Positions 57,495 through 64,000 of a stretch of 64,000 nucleotides of DNA are shown here, piece after piece (the first letter of the stretch is position 1; each line of letters starts with the position of its first letter). Source of the stretch: an uncultured Saprospiraceae bacterium (GTDB lineage: Bacteria > Bacteroidota > Bacteroidia > Chitinophagales > Saprospiraceae); NCBI GenBank assembly GCA_937974625.1, contig CALJVJ010000113.1, positions 2,854 to 66,853 on the forward strand. Direction: 5' to 3'. Position numbers and translations under genes: made by a program. The notes below the pieces were generated by a model that saw nothing but the letters and a program-made list of their open reading frames with translations, searched no databases and had not been told where the DNA came from.

Positions 57495-58673
57495 CTAATT
57501 ATCGTAATCCATTTTTCTCCCATCAGGCGCTACAATCGTTACTTTTGGGGAATCACAAGCCTCTACTCGACCGATAATTTGACTGGCTACATTAAAAGAT
57601 TTTGAAATTTCAACAATTCGTTCTGCAATCTCCTGCTTCACATAAATTTCCAATCGATGCCCCATATTAAACACCTGATACATCTCTCTCCAATCGGTAT
57701 CCGCCTCTTCTTTAATCATTTGGAAAAGGGGGGGAATAGGTAATAAATTATCTTTTATAATATGCACATTGTCAACAAATTTAATGACCTTAGTTTGTGC
57801 TCCTCCAGTACAATGAATCATCCCATCAATTTGTCCGCTAAATTCTGCTAAAATAGCTTTTATAATTGGCATATAGGTTCTTGTAGGAGACAGCACTAAT
57901 TTACCGACATCAATTTGTTCGCCATCAATATCAATCTTATCCGTCAATTTTTTGGAACCAATGTAAACGACTTCATTTGGCGTATTGGAATCAAAACTAT
58001 CAGGATATTTCTCCGCATATTCCTTACTCAGAACATCATGTCTAGCCGAGGTCAAGCCATTACTTCCCATCCCTCCATTATATGCTTCTTCATAGGTAGC
58101 TTGACCATAGGAAGCCAAGCCCACTATTACATTTCCAGGCTTGATATCATTGACAATTAAATCTGCTTTTTTCATTCGAGCAAAAGCAGTATACCCAACA
58201 TCGATAGTCCGAACTACATCCCCAACATCAGCCGTTTCACCACCTGCTGAATGTACATTGATGCCAAAGGTCGCTAACCGGTCGGTCAATTTTTTAGTCG
58301 CTTGAATCAAAGCGGTAATAACTTCGCCAGTTATTAAGTTTTTGTTCCGTCCGATAGTGGAGGACAGCAAAATATTATCAACACAACCCACACAGGCCAT
58401 ATCATCCAAATTCATTACTAAAGCATCTTGTGCAATACCTTCCCAAACAGAGACATCCCCTGTTTCTTTCCAATATAAATAGGCCAAACTAGTTTTAGTA
58501 CCAGCGGTATCCGCATGCATTAAATTGACATAATCGGCATCGCCACCAGCTACATCAGGAAGTATTTTACAAAATGCATTGGGATACAATCCTTTATCCA
58601 TTCCTTTGATTGCCTCGTGTACTTCATCTTTGGTCGCTGAAACGCCCCTTAAATCATATTTATAGTTAGCCAT
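57495..58673 (-). CDS. purM: AIR synthase (PurM)-family protein, likely phosphoribosylformylglycinamidine cyclo-ligase
   Basis: PurM-like N-domain (MHADTAGTKT, DALVMNLDDMACVG) and C-domain (GMIHCTGGAQTK). The 392-aa long form is, as I recall, common in Bacteroidota. Confidence 0.72.
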   Translation of the reverse strand: MANYKYDLRGVSATKDEVHEAIKGMDKGLYPNAFCKILPDVAGGDADYVNLMHADTAGTKTSLAYLYWKETGDVSVWEGIAQDALVMNLDDMACVGCVDNILLSSTIGRNKNLITGEVITALIQATKKLTDRLATFGINVHSAGGETADVGDVVRTIDVGYTAFARMKKADLIVNDIKPGNVIVGLASYGQATYEEAYNGGMGSNGLTSARHDVLSKEYAEKYPDSFDSNTPNEVVYIGSKKLTDKIDIDGEQIDVGKLVLSPTRTYMPIIKAILAEFSGQIDGMIHCTGGAQTKVIKFVDNVHIIKDNLLPIPPLFQMIKEEADTDWREMYQVFNMGHRLEIYVKQEIAERIVEISKSFNVASQIIGRVEACDSPKVTIVAPDGRKMDYDN

Positions 58674-58745
58674 AATTAATTTTCAATTTTCAATCAGCCT
58701 GATTTAGCAATGCTAATTGGTTTTATATTTCAGTCCTTCCACTTT

Positions 58746-59633
58746 TTAAGCGAACTGCTCTGCAACCACTAAATCTTTTCCTGCACCTTGGTAATTATAA
58801 AAGCCTTCTCCAGTTTTTCTGCCCAATTTTCCCGCTGCCACCATGTTTACCAATAACGGACAAGCAGCGTATTTAGGGTTTCCAAAACCATCTTTTAAAA
58901 CATGTAAAATAGCCAAACAAACATCTAAGCCGACGAAATCCGCCAATTGTAATGGTCCCATAGGATGTCCCATTCCTAATTTCATTACCGTATCAATTTC
59001 TTCTACACCAGCTACTCCTTCATATAAAGTATAAAAAGCTTCATTCAATAAAGGCATCAACATCCGATTTGCTGCAAATCCAGGGTAATCTTTAATTTCT
59101 ACAGGCACTTTTCCTAAATGCTTTGATAATTCCATGATTTCAGCAGTAACAGTTTTGGAAGTACCATAACCATTTATCACCTCTACCAATTTCATTACAG
59201 GAACAGGATTAAAAAAGTGCATACCAATTACCTTTTCTGGACGATTGGTAGCTGCTGCAATTTTGGTGATAGATATAGAAGAAGTATTACTAGCTAAAAT
59301 AGCATTTTCAGGTGCCGATTCGTCAATCTGCTTAAAGATTTTTAATTTCAAATCAACTCTCTCTGTAGCCGCCTCAACCACTAAATCTGCATTTTTCACT
59401 CCATTCGCTAAGTCTGTACTGGTTACCACATTTCTTAATGTTGCGACTTTGTCAGCTTCAGAGATTTTCTCCTTTCGAACCATTCGGTCTAAATTCTTTT
59501 CAATAGTCGCCAATGCCTTATCTAAGGCTACTTGTGAAATGTCCACTAATACTACAGGAAAACCTTTCATCGCAAAAATATGTGCGATGCCATTCCCCAT
59601 GGTTCCAGCACCAATAACCGTAATATTCTTCAT
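58746..59633 (-). CDS. hbd: 3-hydroxybutyryl-CoA / 3-hydroxyacyl-CoA dehydrogenase
   Basis: VIGAGTMGNGIAHIFA Rossmann start, SNTSSISIT, HFFNPVPVMKLVE, and the C-terminal GMGHPMGPLQLADFVGLD. Confidence 0.88.
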   Translation of the reverse strand: MKNITVIGAGTMGNGIAHIFAMKGFPVVLVDISQVALDKALATIEKNLDRMVRKEKISEADKVATLRNVVTSTDLANGVKNADLVVEAATERVDLKLKIFKQIDESAPENAILASNTSSISITKIAAATNRPEKVIGMHFFNPVPVMKLVEVINGYGTSKTVTAEIMELSKHLGKVPVEIKDYPGFAANRMLMPLLNEAFYTLYEGVAGVEEIDTVMKLGMGHPMGPLQLADFVGLDVCLAILHVLKDGFGNPKYAACPLLVNMVAAGKLGRKTGEGFYNYQGAGKDLVVAEQFA

Positions 59634-59831
59634 GTAAATTAATTAAATTTGGGTAGTCGATTTTAAAAGCGCAAAGGTAAATATTATTTTTAAGTACTTT
59701 TAGATAAGAAAGGTGATATTTTTATCCCAGAATAGCAGGTTAGCTAATAATTGTAAGATTTATGAATTCCAATTTTTCTTTATATCCTTTAATATTACGG
59801 TTAGACTATCAGATAAACTTAGAAAATATCC

Positions 59832-59886
59832 GTTGGTAATAATCCTTTGGCTGAAAATCTAGTTTTGCCAAAGGATTATTGCCAAC
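59832..59886. repeat. 20-bp-stem hairpin in a divergent intergenic region
   Basis: GTTGGTAATAATCCTTTGGC (59832-59851) pairs with GCCAAAGGATTATTGCCAAC (59867-59886). There are 19 Watson-Crick pairs and one G-U, with a 15-nt loop. Confidence 0.85.
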
Positions 59887-59976
59887 AAATATCTGGGGGA
59901 GACAATTAGATGATTCTATTTCTTACTATAAACTTTTAGTTAAATTAATATTAATCAGAAATCATTAACTGAGTAA

Positions 59977-60894
59977 ATGAAATTTAAATTAATCTTATTA
60001 TTCACGCTCTTACATCATCCTATTTTCGGTCAATCGCCAAACGTAACTAAAGATATATCCGCCATAGTCTTCTTAGATTCTTTTGTTGTCACGGCCACAA
60101 AAAGGGGATTTAATGTCGAAGATTTTATTGACATTGTCCAAAAAGATGAGTCCTTTTATCAGGCATTTCACAATTTAAGATTCCAACCACATAAAGCAGA
60201 GAACCAAGTCGAAATTTTTAATCGTAAGCATGCAATTAAAGCAGCGAATTACCATACTACAGAGCAATTTATAGACGGGAATTGTCGAACCATGCAATAT
60301 TTGAAAGAGGAAATTAAAGGGAAATTTTATAAAAAAAAGAAAATAAGAAAGCACAAGTATTACACTGCTCGAATGCATGAGCAAATCTTTTTGACCAAAG
60401 GCAAAATTTGCGGCAATCCAAATAATTCGAGTATTACTCAGCATAATTTAAGTGGCATTGAAAAACACATTAATGAATTAAAGAAACTCATTTTTCAACC
60501 GGGGAAAGAGGTCGATGTACCATTTATTGGTGGCAAAACTGCCATTTTTGAAGAGAAAATGATTAAACACTATGACTTTTATATTTCATCAAAAACATTT
60601 GAAGAGGATAAAGAATGTTATGTTTTAAGAGCAGTCGTAAAGCCAGAAACGTCAACTAATAAAACTATCATTAAATACTTAGAAACCTATTTTGATAAAG
60701 AAGATTTTCAAGTAGTAGCCCGAAATTATCATTTAAAATATGACAGTCTTTTTGATTTCGATATCAGAATGAAGGTATCCTTAACTCAATATGAGGGCAA
60801 GTACTTACCCGAAAAAGTAAGCTATCAAGGCAATTGGAAAATTCCTACCCAAACCCGCGAAAGGGTTCAGTTTTTAATAGATTTTGAATATTAG
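59977..60894 (+). CDS. Hypothetical secreted protein
   Basis: 305-aa ORF with a signal-like N-terminus (MKFKLILLFTLLHHPIFGQ). No family recognised. Confidence 0.5.
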   Translation: MKFKLILLFTLLHHPIFGQSPNVTKDISAIVFLDSFVVTATKRGFNVEDFIDIVQKDESFYQAFHNLRFQPHKAENQVEIFNRKHAIKAANYHTTEQFIDGNCRTMQYLKEEIKGKFYKKKKIRKHKYYTARMHEQIFLTKGKICGNPNNSSITQHNLSGIEKHINELKKLIFQPGKEVDVPFIGGKTAIFEEKMIKHYDFYISSKTFEEDKECYVLRAVVKPETSTNKTIIKYLETYFDKEDFQVVARNYHLKYDSLFDFDIRMKVSLTQYEGKYLPEKVSYQGNWKIPTQTRERVQFLIDFEY

Positions 60895-61070
60895 CCTTCC
60901 TACTAATTTAATAAATACTAAGTATTTGCATCAATTTACTTTAAAATCTCATACAACCCATATCGAACATAACGGTTTAATAGTCAGCTTATTACAATAG
61001 TGTAGTGTAGTGTCGTTCTGTGAAACAAATTTAATTTTAGTACTTGTCAGTTAATAAATTAAATACAACC

Positions 61071-63023
61071 CTACTCCACCATTAAGATTCCACGCATAGT
61101 TGCGGAATGCGCAGGAAATGTACAGACATATTCATAGGCTCCTGGTTCTGTGGGTGCAACAAAATAAAAAATATCTGAACTCCCTGGCACTAGTAAATTG
61201 GAATGAAAAAGTAAATCATCCGATTCAGGTATGTAGCCTTTCTCTTGCCCTTGCAAGCCTAAATTATTAGCCATATCAGCGATAACAGCTACTTTCCCGG
61301 GCTTCACTATCGCTACATTATGCATCATATCATCTGGGTTATTCAAAACAAATTTTACTTTTTGACCCGCCTTTACAATCAATTCCTTTTCTACATATTT
61401 CATACCCGAAGTTGTCGTCAGGGTCAAGGTTACATCTGGGCCGTTAAACCAACTAGAAGGTATTTCGGTCACTCTTTTATCACTGACTAAATTTACCGCA
61501 GGAACAATCGCATCGTGCGCCATATGATGTTCGTGGTCGGTTTGTTCTTCCCCTCCTGGGATTTCATTCAGCGTGTAATAGGCAAAATTGTGTAAAAGAT
61601 TTTTTCCTTGGTTATTTTTCACCCCTTCCGCTTTAATTTCATTGATATATCCAGCCCGCAAACCTTCTACAAATAATTTAGCTGATTTCCCATCTTGAGC
61701 CACTTCCACTTTATAGACCGTTCTAGTTTGCAGGTCGGTAACAGGACTGCCATAAACGTGATGATATTTATAAGTGAAATCACTTATCGAATAAGATTCG
61801 GGGTTGGCTGCAGTAGTACGATTGATAGGTTCAGTAAATTCAATGGTAAAACCATCTTTTCTAGCTTTAATCGTTTTCATTTCGAAGGGTATTTCGCCAT
61901 TATAAACCAACCTTTCTAGGGCAAAACTAGATTTTCCAGTAGAAGCCCACCCCCTATTAGTTTGGCCCACATAAATCGAATTATCTGGGCCCCATTCCAT
62001 TCGTAAAATTCCTGAAGCAAAGCCTTCTCTAAAAGGAAAACAAGCACCTTGGTATACGCCATTAATTTTCTCTTGGAATACGCGCATAATTTTACTGTGC
62101 CCTTGGTCCGCTACTAATAACTGCCCTTCAAAAGGTCCAAATTTATCATTATTGACCACCAAAATATCAGAAGTAGAAATACCCATCAAGGTGTGTGGAA
62201 ACCAAACACTTGGTGGTTTAATTCCAGCCTGTTTTTTACTATACTCGTATAAGGTGTATCCCATTGTATCAACAATATCTGCAAACTTTATTTTCACAGG
62301 GGAATTGGGTTCTTGAGACCATTTTAAGCCTTCTGGATTTCCTGCAAAATCTCCCTTTTCTAAATGCGTCATTCTACCAGAACCTACCCAATCACCTTGA
62401 TTTTCGGTATAAAAAACATCTCCTTTTGCGTTTAAACCAAAACCTGCTGGAGACCTCAGTCCTGTTGCAATAGGCGTCATTTCTCCGTCGGGTGATATTT
62501 GTAATAACCAACCTCTCCATTTTGAACCACTTTCCCCTCTTCCAATCCAGCCTAAATTAAGGGTAATCAACATATTTCCATCTGGTAAAAACTCTGGTCC
62601 ATAAGAATATTCATGGTAATTTCCATTTAAAGGCCAAGAATAAATGGTTTCATATAAATCTCCCTTGCCATCCCCATTTCTATCTTGAATTTTAGTCAAC
62701 TCTGCTCTTTGCGCCAAATAAAAGGCGCCATTTCGGAATCCTAGGCCTAAAGGTTCATGAAGACCAGAAGCAAAACGTGTGAATTCGGGGTTCGCACTAC
62801 TAGGATTTTTAATTGACCATAAATCTCCTCGCCTAGTCGTTACCCCTAGATTTCCTTTATCATCAAAAGCCAATCCACCGACTTCCAATACAATATCTTT
62901 TGGAATAGGTACTGATTTTATCGTGTAATATTTATTTTCTAATAAAAGGCTATTTTTTTGCGCCAATACCGAAATTGGAATTAATAATATTAATAAACTA
63001 CCTATAAATTGCTTGATTTGCAT
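61071..63023 (-). CDS. Secreted beta-propeller dehydrogenase-like protein fused to a C-terminal azurin-like cupredoxin domain
   Basis: Signal peptide. The N-terminal part resembles the putative membrane-bound / sorbosone-type dehydrogenase propeller (DRNGDGKGD, repeated G...F). The C-terminal ~130 aa carry type-1 copper ligands in azurin order (MHNVAIV ... YEYVCTFPAHSATMRG; compare azurin CTFPGHSALM). Confidence 0.7.
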   Translation of the reverse strand: MQIKQFIGSLLILLIPISVLAQKNSLLLENKYYTIKSVPIPKDIVLEVGGLAFDDKGNLGVTTRRGDLWSIKNPSSANPEFTRFASGLHEPLGLGFRNGAFYLAQRAELTKIQDRNGDGKGDLYETIYSWPLNGNYHEYSYGPEFLPDGNMLITLNLGWIGRGESGSKWRGWLLQISPDGEMTPIATGLRSPAGFGLNAKGDVFYTENQGDWVGSGRMTHLEKGDFAGNPEGLKWSQEPNSPVKIKFADIVDTMGYTLYEYSKKQAGIKPPSVWFPHTLMGISTSDILVVNNDKFGPFEGQLLVADQGHSKIMRVFQEKINGVYQGACFPFREGFASGILRMEWGPDNSIYVGQTNRGWASTGKSSFALERLVYNGEIPFEMKTIKARKDGFTIEFTEPINRTTAANPESYSISDFTYKYHHVYGSPVTDLQTRTVYKVEVAQDGKSAKLFVEGLRAGYINEIKAEGVKNNQGKNLLHNFAYYTLNEIPGGEEQTDHEHHMAHDAIVPAVNLVSDKRVTEIPSSWFNGPDVTLTLTTTSGMKYVEKELIVKAGQKVKFVLNNPDDMMHNVAIVKPGKVAVIADMANNLGLQGQEKGYIPESDDLLFHSNLLVPGSSDIFYFVAPTEPGAYEYVCTFPAHSATMRGILMVE

Positions 63024-63073
63024 GGTTTGCTTTTTTTAAGTTTGCTCTAAGAAAATCCACTTACTGACAAAGT

Positions 63074-64000
63074 TTACCAATGAACTTCGTAGACCATTTC
63101 GTCCTTCACCTTCAAAATTAATTCGTTTTCGTTTCTTAATAATAAATCTGCTCCTTTTATATAATAATCACCATCAACACTATATAAACCATTGGGTAAT
63201 TGTTGAATTCTGTCTGCACTAGCCACCCTTAGATATAAGTTAGTTCCTTCCCCCATTTTTCGAATAGTTCTTATCAAACTTTTACCACCATTACCTGGTA
63301 GTATTTGGTCAGTAAATTGTGTAGTGTTATAATTATAAAGGAAAGTTGGTCTATTAGTTTCGTCTATTTCATAGCCTTTAAATTGGAAACCTTCAGGAAT
63401 AAAGGAGGGCCATGCAGCACTTTCAGATTTTAAAGTAGCAATAGGTAAACCACCTGTCAAATCAATGGAAGTGTTCATTGGTTGCAATAATTGGGGTTCT
63501 CCTCTACCCTGCCACATCTTTGTCACATCGGCAAATTGTCCTTTCCAAGTTTTAATCAAATTAGCAGACCTTAAGTCAAAACTATAATGTACACCTTGAG
63601 GATCACCTACAGATAAAATATTAGTTTTCTTTTTCCCATTATGATTTACAAAGGCACGCAACATTTCAGGCTGCTTTAAATCAACTGCTAATATTGGAGC
63701 TCGCTTTTTCTGCCAAGCATACACTGGCATTTTGGAAGCCAATGATTGCTTGATAATGCCCGGTCCTTCATAATCAACCACTAATAATCTTCCCCAAACC
63801 TCTTGATAGTAGGTAATTACAAAATCATGGTCTCCTTTAGTCAGGTTCACTAAACCCCTTTCTTCTCCAAAACCAGGGTCCCCTTCATTAAAAACAATGG
63901 AATTGCCATCTATCAATAACTCTCCTCCATCGTCAATTCGAGTAGAAAATAAATATGCTCCAGCCACAGGAACAGTTAACTTTCCTGTAAATCTAAGTCG
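63074..64000 (-). CDS. PA14-domain-containing protein, C-terminal part; 5' end lies outside the window
   Basis: The reading frame stays open to nt 64000 (RLRFTGKLTVPVAGAYLFSTRIDDGGELLIDGNSIV...DHDFVITYYQ), a PA14-type pattern. The GTG at 63967 is therefore not the true start. Confidence 0.6.
   Translation of the reverse strand, partial: RLRFTGKLTVPVAGAYLFSTRIDDGGELLIDGNSIVFNEGDPGFGEERGLVNLTKGDHDFVITYYQEVWGRLLVVDYEGPGIIKQSLASKMPVYAWQKKRAPILAVDLKQPEMLRAFVNHNGKKKTNILSVGDPQGVHYSFDLRSANLIKTWKGQFADVTKMWQGRGEPQLLQPMNTSIDLTGGLPIATLKSESAAWPSFIPEGFQFKGYEIDETNRPTFLYNYNTTQFTDQILPGNGGKSLIRTIRKMGEGTNLYLRVASADRIQQLPNGLYSVDGDYYIKGADLLLRNENELILKVKDEMVYEVHW

Noticed and set aside
59245-59637. 130-aa plus-strand ORF antisense to hbd, and similar antisense ORFs inside gltB, pyrG, pruA, ilvA and others
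   Set aside because: Each is fully contained within a strongly supported conserved gene on the other strand and has no recognisable motifs.
60998-61012. (TAGTG)x3 pentamer microsatellite in the convergent spacer
   Set aside because: It is real but only three units, with no obvious relation to the flanking genes. I note it only as part of the general tendency to short tandem repeats.
1-64000. tRNA, rRNA, tmRNA, RNase P, CRISPR arrays, transposases, integrases and prophage genes
   Set aside because: I looked for T-arm GGTTCGA-type motifs, regularly spaced direct repeats, and IS/integrase-like ORFs. The only GGTTCGA-like hits fall inside coding sequence, and no such features were seen. A tRNAscan/Infernal/CRISPR-finder run would be needed to confirm their absence.

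Overview
AT-rich (by eye, mid-30s %GC) chromosomal segment that looks like Bacteroidota: it has T9SS type-A and type-B C-terminal sorting domains, SprB repeats, OmpA/TolB-like and TlpA-like envelope proteins, and no Shine-Dalgarno signals. I support about 47 protein genes, and most are housekeeping or ordinary envelope genes. These include ilvA, gltB-gltD, pyrG, pruA, purM, hbd, an ACOX-like acyl-CoA oxidase, an ArsM-like methyltransferase, a MacB-type ABC pair, an S10 and an M20 peptidase, two large T9SS-secreted proteins, and copper/redox proteins at both window edges. Both edge genes are truncated by the window. I recognised no rRNA, tRNA, CRISPR array, transposase, integrase or phage gene. 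I did not find a convincing new multi-gene system. The items most worth a second look are: (1) an APH-fold kinase, an 85-aa acidic ORF and an SDR in an LvaA/LvaB/LvaD-like order, leading a co-directional run of SDR/MDR/esterase genes; (2) a GC-rich structured island of about 110 nt inside that cluster that resembles the 5' end (domain I) of a group II intron but has no RT gene or domain V; (3) phased heptanucleotide tandem repeats flanking one SDR gene, one set folding into a 30-bp hairpin; (4) a 14-18 nt word (CTTACCAAAATAAA...) present in three gene-upstream regions in gene orientation; (5) several long, unrelated intergenic hairpins or palindromes; (6) a solitary C5 DNA methyltransferase; (7) a beta-lactamase-fold protein whose catalytic motifs look degenerate. 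All functional calls come from motif recognition by eye, and no database search was run.
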